A DNA stretch of 60,360 nucleotides from Octopus sinensis (taxonomy: Eukaryota), in contig NW_021829942.1 of the NCBI RefSeq assembly GCF_006345805.1, forward strand, positions 1 to 60,360, read 5' to 3'. A program made the position numbers and the translations under genes. This document shows, piece by piece, positions 49,003 through 60,360 of this stretch (position 1 is its first letter; each line of letters begins with the position of its first letter). The notes under the pieces were generated by a model that was not told the origin of the DNA, searched no databases, and was given only the letters and a program-made list of their open reading frames with translations.

Positions 49003-49410
49003 CCAAGGTAGTGTAGTAAAATCGTTTCATGCAACTTCATTTTATTAAACACTGTAGGTATTATATCAGTTTTAAAATGTCGAGCAATCTTCAGCCACAT
49101 ATAGAATTTTTTGATTAAACGGACAATGCAAATTTTTATACGTATTTCATTTGCCAACATTACAAAGAGTGATAAAAAATCTACAGCTGGAGAAGAACAT
49201 ACTACCACCATGTTCTTAATGATGACATTAACCTCTCTGTCTAAATATCTACCCTCTTTGTAATGAAATAAATATAAAAATGTGCATTGTCCGTTTAATT
49301 AAAAAATTCCATATGTGGCTGAAGATTGCTCTACATTTTAAAACTGATGTAATACTTACAGTGTTTAATAAAATGAAGTAGCATGAAACGATTGTACTAC
49401 GCTACCTTGG
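49003..49410. mobile_element. Fold-back MITE with ~150-bp arms and ATAT flanks
   Basis: ATAT|CCAAGGTAG ... CTACCTTGG|ATAT; arms about 90% identical by eye. Confidence 0.85.
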
Positions 49411-49429
49411 ATATGTATATATATATATA

Positions 49430-49590
49430 CAACAGGCTCCTTTCAGTTTCCGTCTATGAAATCTACTCAGAAAGCTTGGATCGACCCTAGACTATAACAG
49501 AAGACACATGGTCAAGGAGGCACGGTGTGGAATTGAACCCGGGGAACCATGTTTTTGGGATGCAAACTTCTTACTGTGCACCAACGCCTG
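49430..49590 (-). mobile_element. Family A SINE head, decayed
   Basis: TTTCAGTTTCCGTCTA...GAACCCGGGGAACCATGT. Confidence 0.7.
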
Positions 49591-49634
49591 CGCTTATACA
49601 CGCACACACACACACGTGCACATACATGCGTCCG

Positions 49635-49677
<43 letters not shown>

Positions 49678-50568
49678 GCATGTAAGTGTGTACGTATTCA
49701 CATACACACTCGCGTACATACACTCACACAAGAAATAAAAGAATTTGATTGTTTGCAGCTAAAATAAGGCTTCGCGTTACGGCATTTAATCGAGTTCTTT
49801 TTTAGGTATCGTTTGATTATAGGCTTCCCGTGAAGTCGTACCGTTGAAATATGGGGCTTGCTGAATTTACCTACCCATTGCCCCCTCTTTACCATTTTCA
49901 TTTTATCGTTTATATCTTCTTCCTGAAAACTTTCCCTTTACTTAGTCCCCATCTAATGCCTTTTTTTTCTGTGATGTAATAAACACAGATTTTGTACTTT
50001 ATCATCTCTGATATCTGCAATATTTTCTTTTCCCCTTTTTTTTTATTTGCACGAGGGTGTCGGATGATATTTGTGTTACATCGAAATTGTTGTGTTGTAA
50101 GGTTGTTCCTTGTTATTTTACAAGCACACATATTTGTTCCTAAAAGCTTTTATGGGATTGAGAATGCGATTCGACTGTATATGTGATATTTGAATTGCGT
50201 TATTGAATTTAAAAAACAAAAATTAGAATGTATGAAGCGTGTAGCAAGATTGTCATCCAACACTTTTTTTTTTCGAAAAGGGTGGTTCTACAAAATTATT
50301 ACACCTGTATTGTATTACTTCATTGATATTTTTGCTCATAGTTTTTTAAAATGTAGAAGTATCATTATTATTATTATTACTATTATTATTATTATTACTG
50401 TTATTATTATTGTTATTATTATTATTACTATTACTATTATTATTATTATTATTAATATTATTATTATCATTATTATTACTATTATTATTGATGTAGTTGT
50501 TGTTATTCCTATGCCTTTTACATTCAGTACTCGTTTCTTCAGTATTTCCATTCCATGTTCTCATATTC

Positions 50569-50611
<43 letters not shown>

Positions 50612-50666
50612 GGTGTATGTGTGGTGTGGTTGTGTGTGTGTGGGTGTGTGTGTGTGTATTATATAT

Positions 50667-50704
<38 letters not shown>

Positions 50705-50942
50705 ATGCATGTACATTAATGTATCTGTGTACATGTATATGTGTATATGTAGATTTCCATATATGTGCATCTATCTATCTATCTATCTATTTAGCAAAAT
50801 ATCTATTTATTTATCTATCTGCTGAGTATATATATTATATATATATATATATACATACATACATATAATGTATATATATATATATATATATTATCTATAT
50901 ATCTATACGTACATACATATATATATATATATACGTACATAC

Positions 50943-50993
<51 letters not shown>

Positions 50994-51064
50994 TATGTGT
51001 GTGTGTGGGGGGGGGGACATTGTTTTCTTTTATGATATTTAAGTAATCCTCTTTGATCTGCTAA

Positions 51065-51345
51065 GCTGACATTTCCCAGAGTATCGTCGCCATGTCATTG
51101 TCACATACCGGATTTGATTCGTGCTGCTCGTCGTGTATAACCAGTTTCATTATAAGTCTCTTCCATATATTGTCAGATTGACCAAAGAAATTCTGCTTAC
51201 TACGCCAGTCACGTCTGTGGACAAATTCCGTCTTTTCGACGACTGGACAACCGGAAATGATGTTATTGATTGCTTCCTTAATTTGATAAATTAACGTGCA
51301 ATGGATGCTAGCGTCTTGTCGTACTATTTTACTCCAGTTCAATGT
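51065..51345 (-). pseudogene. R4/Dong-like non-LTR retrotransposon fragment (zinc knuckle to RLE linker)
   Basis: EAINNIISGCPVVEKTEFVHRRD...HESNPVCDNDMATILWEM parallels ETIxHIISGCxxLAxxEYxxRHD...ILWD. Confidence 0.65.
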
Positions 51346-51483
51346 CTTTTGTTTTGTTTGTTTTTGGGGGTTTTTTTTTACCAGGAATTTGTTCGATCGG
51401 ATCTAAATTTAGCTCTTCCCTTTACACCTTTGGTTTACAGCATTGAAGTCGTTATTGGCTTTCATACTGGTTTGCTTCTTCTA

Positions 51484-51696
51484 TAGGTGTGCAGAAAATT
51501 TCCTGGTTTTAAGAATATCTCAAAAAGCCTGGCTGGAGGCTCAAAATTCCGAGTTCTTTTACAAGGCTTAGGAAGACGAACGGACCGCTGCAATTAGGGA
51601 GTGAATCATAGAGGGAAGTATGTTGAATAAAGTCATAATTTTCTGATCTTCCGATATTTTCTTTACCCAAAACCGGGAACTTTTCAGCACCCTTCG
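51484..51696. mobile_element. Mariner-type MITE, degenerate TIRs
   Basis: Left TAGGTGTGCAGAAAATTTCCTGGTTTT versus right reverse complement CGAAGGGTGCTGAAAAGTTCCCGGTTTT; TA flanks. Confidence 0.7.
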
Positions 51697-51750
51697 TATG
51701 TCCAATTTTTCCTGATGCACCTCTACACACACACAAACACAATCACACAT

Positions 51751-51791
<41 letters not shown>

Positions 51792-52014
51792 ACACACACA
51801 CACACACACACGTATATATATATAAAGATAGGTTTATGTCATTTGAAATGGAGGACAGGGTTTATATACCAAAAATGGAAATAGTTATGATGTGAATGAA
51901 AACTACTTATTTATCGCCCTCGACCCTTTCAGGTATAAATCATGAATAATTTCCACCACACCCACGTACATACACACGCATATATATGCACGCATACACA
52001 CACGCACACACTTT

Positions 52015-52180
52015 TTCTCTCCTTTCTTTTTATCTCTCCTTGTTTCTCTCTTTGTTTTTTTTTCTGTAGAAGAGCGTGGGCTCGAAACGTAAAAGACCTT
52101 TTCTATTCCTGAGCGTTATCTGTTTGTTTTGTACACCACCTGTCTTCGTCTTTTGTTTTTTTTCGTAAACTTTCCCTATA
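52015..52180 (+). mobile_element. Short non-coding element with hammerhead-like motif (copy 4)
   Basis: TTT CTGTAGA A GAGC GTGG GCTC GAAAC GTA AAA at 52061-52094. Confidence 0.7.
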
Positions 52181-52513
52181 TATATATATACATACATACA
52201 ACCATACACATATATGCACACACACATAGATTCAAAATGACAGAACATTTCAAAGAACTTCTCCCAAAACATCCTTTTTCAAACAAGCCCTAAAATGTAT
52301 ATTGAAATCCTGAGTTTTTTCGACTAAATCAAATTTATATAAAATGTATGGATTTTCTATAAGAAATCATTCGTGATGGATCCCTGAAGGCGGACGAGAG
52401 CTCTAAAACAAATGTTTTTTTTTTCCAAATTCTGACAGTCTTCTTTTTCTCAATACATAAAGATAGATATATATACATACACACACACATACATTCACCC
52501 ACGTATATATATG

Positions 52514-52550
<37 letters not shown>

Positions 52551-52628
52551 TCATATACATACACACACACAAACACGCATACACATACACACACACATAT
52601 ATGTATATAATATATATATATATATATA

Positions 52629-52840
52629 GGCGCAGGAGTGGATGTGTGGTAAGCAGCTTGCTTACAAGCCAGATGGTTCCGGGTTTATATATACGACGGG
52701 CTTCTTTCAGTTTCCATCTACCAAATCCACTCACAAGGCTTTGGTCGGCCCGAGGCTATAGTAGAAGATACTTGCCCAAGGTGCAACCCGGAACCATGTG
52801 ATTGGTAAGCAAGCTACTTACCACACAGCCACTCCTACGC
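52629..52840. mobile_element. Two family A SINE heads in inverted orientation
   Basis: Plus-strand head 52629-52685 abutting minus-strand head 52693-52840. Confidence 0.82.
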
Positions 52841-52896
52841 TGTTGGTTGTATCGTTGATGTTGCTTTTCTTGTTCTTGCTATTGTTGCTGTTGCTG

Positions 52897-53273
52897 TTGA
52901 GCGAACGGTCTTTGTCCCAGAGCTCGTAAGATGGGAGAAGTCCGAAACGTTTGTCCTTTGCTATCCGTAAGATCCGCAGAAGAGAAAGCAGGTCAACCCC
53001 CGACACCGAGAGCATCGACGGATGGATGAATGCGCATCCAGGCTCAACGGTTACATAGGAAATCGGGGACGAGAAACAGGAAGAAAGAGTGAGAGAAAGT
53101 TGGAGCGAAAGAGTACAATAGGGGTCGCCACCCCACCCACCTCAGCCGGAGCCTCGTGGAGCTTTAGGTGTTTTCGCTCAATAAACACACACACAACGCC
53201 CAGTCTGAGAATCGAAACCGCGATCCTCCGACCGCGAGTCCGCTGCCCCTAACCATTGGGCCAATGCGCCTCC
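52897..53273 (-). mobile_element. Family C SINE, tail type 1
   Basis: Homologous to 32268-32650. Confidence 0.88.
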
Positions 53274-53384
53274 ACTTACTGTTGCTGTTCGTATCGATGC
53301 TGTTGTTGTTACTGCTACTGACAGTTCTAATCACTTGTTGCCTGGTAAGGAATGCCGTCCAAACAGTAGCGGTAGTAGTAGTAA

Positions 53385-53434
<50 letters not shown>

Positions 53435-54061
53435 CAGCGGCTACCGTTTCTTCAGTGCGGTTCCCTAACTGCATTCCTTCAAACGCAAACCATTGTTTCT
53501 CTGCTCTATACACTGTCAGCCATGTCACTATAATATGAAGCAACGATATGACAGCTGTATGCTTCTTCTTCTTCTTCTTCTTCTTCTTCTTCTTCTTCTT
53601 CTTCTTCTTCTTCTTCTTCTTCTTCTTCTTCTTCTTCTTCTTCTTCTTCTTGTAGTTGTTGTTGGTGTTGTTTTACATTAAGCTCTGTCATAAGACCAGT
53701 TCCTCAACTCTTTCGCCTACTTTTCCTGCCCCCTCTCTCCTTCTGCGCCTCCTCCTCAACATCATCATCATCATCACCATCATCGTCATCATCATTCAGA
53801 GCCATCATTGCTGTCATCATCATCATGCCGCCGTCGTCGTCGTTGTCATCATCGTCGTCGTCATCATCATCAGCAACATCATCACCATAATAATAATAAT
53901 AATAATGATGATAATGATAATAATAATAATGATAATAATAATATAATGATAATAATAATAATGATAATAATAATGATAATAATAATAACAACAAAAATAA
54001 TGATGATAATAATAATAATAACAATAATAATAATGATAATAATAATAATAATAATAGTAAT

Positions 54062-54582
54062 TGCAGTACCAGGCTCTCGTGGCTTCTGATCTTAACTGAT
54101 TGGAAGTGTTATCATGTACATTGTTTTGTTTTGGTATAAAAGATGGGCTACAGCAAATATTCTGCTCAATACCACAGATTTGCTTGTCAGTTGTTTGACC
54201 TTAACCAGTTGAGCATGTCCCTTAGTGGCTGACGATATGTGCATCTCTGATCATGAGCAGAAGTAGTGGGGGAGCATCATAGCCATGTGTTGAGGGGGAT
54301 TCTTTGGGGTTTGAATAATTCACCTCTGGAAACATGGGTGTTTCGTTCAACATCCTTAAACAACCCTTATTCAGGGACGTTTTGAGCGGGATAGGTTACT
54401 CGGCCAGAAGAAAATTCTAACTGGGCCCCACCTGCAAGGTCATGTGCTGTATGTCGCACACATATGGTTGTGATGCATGTGCCTAGTGTCCCCCTATCAG
54501 ACGGTTGTCATGATGGGTATACTGGACTTCGTATATTACACCCCAGTGTCACTTTGATGGCATGCACTGCTCTCTCACTCAA
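54062..54582 (+). mobile_element. (TAA)n-associated ~550-bp element, near-full copy
   Basis: Reverse complement of 15351-15895; flanked on both sides by AAT-type repeats. Confidence 0.85.
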
Positions 54583-54593
54583 TGATAATAATA

Positions 54594-54678
<85 letters not shown>

Positions 54679-55459
54679 TAGAGAGAGGAGAGAGAGAGAG
54701 AGAAGGAGAGCGATAAAAAGGGACCGATAGAATAAGTACTAGACTCGAAAATAAGGTCTTAGGGTGAATTTTTTTGACTAAAACCCTTGAAGGTGGTCCC
54801 CTAGCATGGCCACAGTCAAATGACTGAAGCGGGTTAAAGATGAAAGATGAAAGATAAATGACTTATATAGTGAAAGATTTTGACAACTCACTTTAGCGAT
54901 TTATGAAGATAAGGAAAATGTTCGTCTATAAGATCGACTCTAGTTTTTGACTGGTATTTATATTGTTGACCCCTGCTGCCACGGAAGGATGCAAGAAGCA
55001 AAGTAGACCTGGGAAGTTACAAGATTAATGTTGAAAGGTAATTAGAAAAACAAACAAAAAATGGTGGAAATACCAAACATATGTCAATAGAAAACAAATA
55101 CGTTGTCTCTGGAAAGCAAAGAGCATCAAACAGAAATAGCGAAAGTGAAAGAGAATGATAGAGAGAATAAGAGAGGGTGACGGAGATAAAGTGAGAGAGA
55201 GACATAAAGAGAAAGGGGGAGCTATGAGGAAGTAGATGTAGATTGTAATTATTTGTCCTAGAATTTCACGTAAAACGAAATAGATTTGTCCTTCCTGTCT
55301 GTTCTACATTCCGGTTATGAAATTTGGCATGATAAAACTCTGGGCTAATTTATTCAAATGTCAGAGTGCAAGTTATAGTAACACATCACGGAAGAGCCTT
55401 ACGTCAAATTCAGTGTAAGTGCGAGTATGCGCATGTATATTTATGTAAGTATTCTTCTT

Positions 55460-55682
55460 CTTTGTTTTCAGACATTTGATTGCGGCCATGCTGGAGCACC
55501 GCCTTTGTAGTCGAACAAATCTAAAAAGGCAGTGCTCCAGGACTTATTCTATCGGTTTCTTTTGCTGACCCGCTAAGTGACGGGGACGTAAACACACCAA
55601 CATCGGTTGTCAAGTGATGGTGGGAGGACAAAGACAAACACACAAATATATACACATATATACACACACACACACACATATG

Positions 55683-55722
<40 letters not shown>

Positions 55723-55838
55723 GTTTGATTGGCTTCTGTCAGTTTCCGTCTATCAAATCCACTGACAAGGTGCCACGCAGTGGGATTGAACCCGGAACCA
55801 TGTGGTTGGAAAGCAAGCTTCTTACTACACAGCCACGT
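55460..55838 (-). mobile_element. Family A SINE with internal deletion and micro-inversion
   Basis: Tail and head motifs; hairpin at 55491-55540. Confidence 0.8.
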
Positions 55839-56329
55839 CCGATGCTCTAACCACTAGGCCATGGTGCTTCCACATAATGCATAATACATGACATAAATTC
55901 AGTGTATGAAACGGAAATTTTCCAGAATCCAAAGATTACATAATTCCATCAACTATAGCATGGAGTTATCTTTTACAATACTGTTTAAAGCACATGGAAG
56001 GTCTACATCAAAGATCCTTTAATTAATCTTCCTTTGCAGGAAATAGATTACACAACTAGAATTGAAAATACCTTTCTAGAATAACTTGAGAAGCGCTGAT
56101 CTAAACCAAATATCTCAAAGAAGGTATTGAAGTTTCAAATTAAGGTATTGAAGTCTTTTTGTTTTGTTTTTAATATCAGAGTAAGCAAGGAAATGTACAA
56201 ACGATTTGTATCGTCTTCTAATTTACAGCTATTTGGAACTTTACCTCTAGAGACTGTTCTTGAAGAACAGCCACTTTAAATTATTACATTGGTTACGGAA
56301 ATTTCGAATGCAGTTAAGTAAAATGATTA

Positions 56330-56481
56330 CCGTATTTATTCTTGTATAAGTCGCATCACTAATTTCGTGTTCAACTTCGGTCCAAAATATTGTCCCTTCA
56401 TCATTTTAGATTATGTGTAAGTCGCATGCCAGTATTAATAGTAAATCTAAGATAGTTCAGTTTATACGGGACGAAATACGG
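56330..56481. mobile_element. pogo/Tc2-like MITE
   Basis: TA|CCGTATTTATTCTTGTATAAG ... TTTATACGGGACGAAATACGG|TA; internal repeat of TAAGTCGCA. Confidence 0.75.
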
Positions 56482-56554
56482 TATATTCAACAGGGAATGT
56501 CAAGAGTTAATTCTTAAGACAATAGAATTTCGGAACCAGAGAAATAAAGCTGTC

Positions 56555-56790
56555 CATTTGGTTTCAAATGTTGGCACAAGGCCAGTAGTTTCGGGGTGAG
56601 ATGGGGAAGGTGAGGTGAGGGGGTGAGGTAAATTGATTGCATCGACGCTTGTACTCAACTGGTGCTTATCTTATCGAGCCCAAAGGGATGTAAGGCAAAG
56701 TCGACCTCGGCGAAATTTGAGCTCAGAATATAAAAACGAACGAAATGCTCCGAAGCGATTTTCCCGGCGTCCTAATGACACTGCCAGTTC
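56555..56790 (-). mobile_element. Family B SINE
   Basis: AAGGCAAAGTCGACCTCGGCGAAATTTGAGCTCAGAA is the reverse complement of the body. Confidence 0.75.
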
Positions 56791-57030
56791 ACCGCGGAAA
56801 CAAACAGTACATATTACTGAAGATAGGTCCAGAGATCAATGTCATTTACTAATTATTTTGAGACTAATGATAAATTCACTATCATAAATTCATTTTCCTG
56901 CAGCAAAATTCTCAATGGAAATAATATTCTATGAACAAAATACATTTTAAAATAAAAGTAAAAAATGACAACCGTCTGAGAAATTGAGAAAGACATATAA
57001 AAGATTTTGATTTGTATACCATGAAGCAGT

Positions 57031-57350
57031 GGAGGCGCAATGGCTCAGTGGTTAGGGCAGCAGACTCGCGGTCGGAGGATCGCGGTTTCGATTCTCAGAC
57101 CAGGCGTTGTGTGTGTTTATTGAGCGAAAATACCAAAAGCTCCACGAGGCTCCGGCAGGGGGTGGTGACGACCCCTATTGTACTCTTTCGCCCCAACTTT
57201 CTTTCACACTTTCTTCCTGTTTCTTGAATAACGCTGCAATGGACTGGCGTCCCGTCCAGCGGCGGAGGGGACACATACGTCATAGAAACTGGGAAACCGG
57301 GCCCATGAGCTTGGCTGGGCTTGAAAAGGGTGCATAAATAAAATAAATAA
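57031..57350 (+). mobile_element. Family C SINE, tail type 3
   Basis: Head plus tail GGACTGGCGTCCCGTCCAGC...GAAACCGGGCCCATGAGC; tail fragment also at ~28805-28890. Confidence 0.9.
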
Positions 57351-57509
57351 TACCATGAAGAAAACAGAACACCATATTTTAATGAAATATTATATTTTGT
57401 TATGTACTCTGCTAAATATATTAAAATCCAAGGCGATCATTTGCCAAGGACATCATTTGTACTCTGCTAAATATATGAAAATCCAAGGCGATCATAGATA
57501 CGTATATAT

Positions 57510-57613
57510 TCTATATATACGCATCTATTTGCTTATGCATTCAAGTATAAATACCTATATTGTCATAGGTATTTATACTTGAATGCATAAGCAAATAGAT
57601 ACGTATATATAGA
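57510..57613. repeat. Near-perfect 49-bp inverted repeat with 6-nt loop
   Basis: Arms 57510-57558 and 57565-57613, one mismatch. Confidence 0.92.
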
Positions 57614-58181
57614 AGATACGAAGAGTTTTTGCCAGGGTGACTCAAAATAACAGGTATGGACTCTGAATGTTCAGATAGACGTGCCACTAAAATTCTAGTT
57701 TGAACTAGAATGTTGAAGATGTGATATTGTATGACTGCCTTTCCAAAACGGTTACAAGTGGCTACCCTTTGAGATGGTCAGTATAGATCAAAGAAGAAAT
57801 GAAAAGGCAAACAGTTTGGTAATAATTGACAAGGACTTTTAATCTAGCTCTTATGTATATGCATGTGAAAGCGTGTGAATATGTACATGAGTATAAATAC
57901 ATCTATGTATGTTTTCGACTATCGTTCTCGCATGCCGATTGCAGGGGCATGAAACTTAAGTCTCGCGAAAAGAAAAAGGACTGCGTTTCGATAAATCGTA
58001 TGTCATGCAAACATATATTGAGTGAATTGAGTTCTATCTTCCGCATTCGAGGTACAAAAGCCATCGTTTGAGCACGCTCTTTCAATATGCGCATATCTGT
58101 ATATTTGCGTGCGCCGGCCTGTATAAATATATACATATGTACATGCTCTCTCTCTTTCTCTCTCTTTCACACACACACACA

Positions 58182-58220
<39 letters not shown>

Positions 58221-58224
58221 CACC

Positions 58225-58267
<43 letters not shown>

Positions 58268-58269
<2 letters not shown>

Positions 58270-58545
58270 AGACGCAATGACCCAGTGGGTAGTGTAGCGG
58301 TTTCGATTCCCAGACCGGGCGTTTTTAGTGTTTATTGAGCGAAAACACCTAGAGGTTCCGGCAGGGGGTAGTGTTGATCCCTGCTGTACTCTTTCGCTAC
58401 AACTTTCTCTCACTCTTTCTTCTGTTGGCCTGCTCGCTTAGCCAGCAGGGTGGCGTCATTTGAAGGCTAAAACAATGCAAAGCGCATTGTGACCAGCGAT
58501 GTGTAGCAGCATCTGATAGCCTGGTCTGTCACGGTGATCACGGTG
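58268..58545 (+). mobile_element. Family C SINE, tail type 2, internal deletions
   Basis: GGAGACGCAATGACCCAGTGG head and type 2 tail. Confidence 0.85.
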
Positions 58546-58560
58546 ATATCTGTATACCTG

Positions 58561-58620
58561 CATTCAGACACTCATATAAACATTCAGACACTCATATAAA
58601 CATTCAGACACTCATATATA
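58561..58620. repeat. 20-bp minisatellite, 3 copies
   Basis: CATTCAGACACTCATATA(A/T)A x3. Confidence 0.9.
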
Positions 58621-58885
58621 CACACGCAATGCATGTACGTAAGTATGCATATATATTTTCTGCGTTAAATATTTCCTGTACTCATTTAAAGCGTTGCTTA
58701 TTTTCCCCTTGTTTTGACAAACGGTTTGAGCAGTACTTTTAATTTAGGATAAATTGAACTTACTGACATTTCTATAAAAAGTGTTATAGGGAAAGAATTA
58801 CGGTTACTTCTGGCGGGAAAAGAGGAATCGGTAGAAAAGAACAATAGGAAGTAGTTGACTGTAACAATATGAATGGAGATTATTT

Positions 58886-58930
<45 letters not shown>

Positions 58931-59174
58931 ATATATGTGTGTGTATGTGTGTGAGCGTGTATGGGCATATATATATACATATATATACACATATATGAGA
59001 GTATATAAACCTCATTCACGCTCATTACATTCACCTATTTCCTATTGTTCTGTCCTACCAATTCCTCTTTTTCCCATCATATTACCATATTGTTTCAATT
59101 ATTCCCTTACGTCACTCATTTGAATGGTTATCCACTCTCTACCTCTCGATCTGTCTATCTTTATATATATATAT

Positions 59175-59217
<43 letters not shown>

Positions 59218-59263
59218 TAGAGAGGTAGACAATCGAAACGGTGACGTAAATATATAAAATTAT

Positions 59264-59297
<34 letters not shown>

Positions 59298-59325
59298 CAT
59301 GCAACCATATAGACACGCACATATA

Positions 59326-59484
59326 TGATCAGAGATGCACATATCGTCAGCCACTAAGGGACATGTTCAACTGGTTAAGGTCAAACAACTAACGAGTAAA
59401 TCTGTGGTATTGAGCAGAATATTTGCTGTAGCCCATCTTTTATTGTTATTATTATTATTAATATTATTATTATTATTATTATTA

Positions 59485-59528
<44 letters not shown>

Positions 59529-59902
59529 TTATTATTATTATTAATATTATTATTATTATTGTTATTATTGAGTGAGAGAGCAGTGTATGCTATCAAAGTG
59601 ACACTGGGGTAAAATATACGAAGCCCAGTATACCCATCATGACTACCCGTCTGATAAGGGTACACCAGGCACATGTATTACAACCATATGTGCGCGACAT
59701 GGTCATCTCATATCAAGCTAAACAGCACATGACCTTGGAGGTGGGGCCCAGTTAGAATTTTCTTCTGGTCGAGTAACCATCCTACTCAAAAGGTCCCTGA
59801 ATAAGGTTTGTTTATGGATGATTAACGAAACATCCATGTTTCAGAAGTGAATTATTCAAACCCCAAAGAATTCCTCTCAAAACATGGACTATGAAGCGCC
59901 TC
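59326..59902 (-). mobile_element. Two partial copies of the (TAA)n-associated element separated by (ATT/ACT)n
   Basis: 59326-59442 is an upstream internal segment; 59569-59902 is the 3' half. Confidence 0.82.
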
Positions 59903-60298
59903 CGTGAAAATATCTGTTATCATTTTGTTGATATCTTCTCCATATGCAATTCTTACATATCGCTCGTCTTTGTGACAAATAGAGAAATGATTGTTATTTC
60001 ATAAGTGATAATAATGGCATTTGACAAGAATACACCGCTGTGGCCACCACTAATTCCGCCACCATGACCACCAACAGAAGCACACCACCACCAACAACAA
60101 CAACAACAGTAGCAAAAGCAACAACGACAATAGCAGCAGTGGTGGCAATAACGTAAACAAATACAAAAAAAAAGATTCTTGACAGTAATTCTAATAATCG
60201 TTTACATCACAGCGACGATATGCAGAATATCATATTTATTATTGTTACTGCATATGTTGTTTTGGGTGTTGCAATACACGTTGTTTATCTTCATACAC

Positions 60299-60360
<62 letters not shown>

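Noticed and set aside
50046-50270. Possible mariner-like MITE (GTGTCGGATGA / TCATCCAACAC)
   Set aside because: Inverted match of only ~11 bp with no clear TA-bounded ends

Overview
Gene-free, repeat-saturated eukaryotic DNA, AT-rich with very dense di-, tri- and tetranucleotide microsatellites. The four tRNA-headed SINE families and the microsatellite load suggest a coleoid cephalopod, most likely Octopus (inference, not database-checked). I found no intact protein-coding gene, tRNA or rRNA. Almost all listed ORFs are simple-repeat artefacts. Recognisable coding remnants are all transposon-derived: a fragmented Tc1 transposase (0.6-2.5 kb), a 5'-truncated CR1-type LINE (40.0-41.8 kb), a decayed Penelope-like RT (46.6-47.2 kb), R4/Dong-like fragments, and ORF1-like elements lacking ORF2 (3.0-3.6 kb and 43.5-45.2 kb). 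Best leads: (1) six minimal type-I hammerhead-ribozyme-like motifs in short non-coding elements, one with a canonical core; (2) an ORF1-only element in a tandem, permuted arrangement whose 3' end matches a SINE tail; (3) SINE 3' tails that swap modularly, one matching the CR1 3' end; (4) a ~550-bp non-coding element associated with (TAA)n; (5) a 94-bp tandem array grown from a MITE; (6) several near-perfect hairpins. Coordinates were read by eye and boundaries are approximate.
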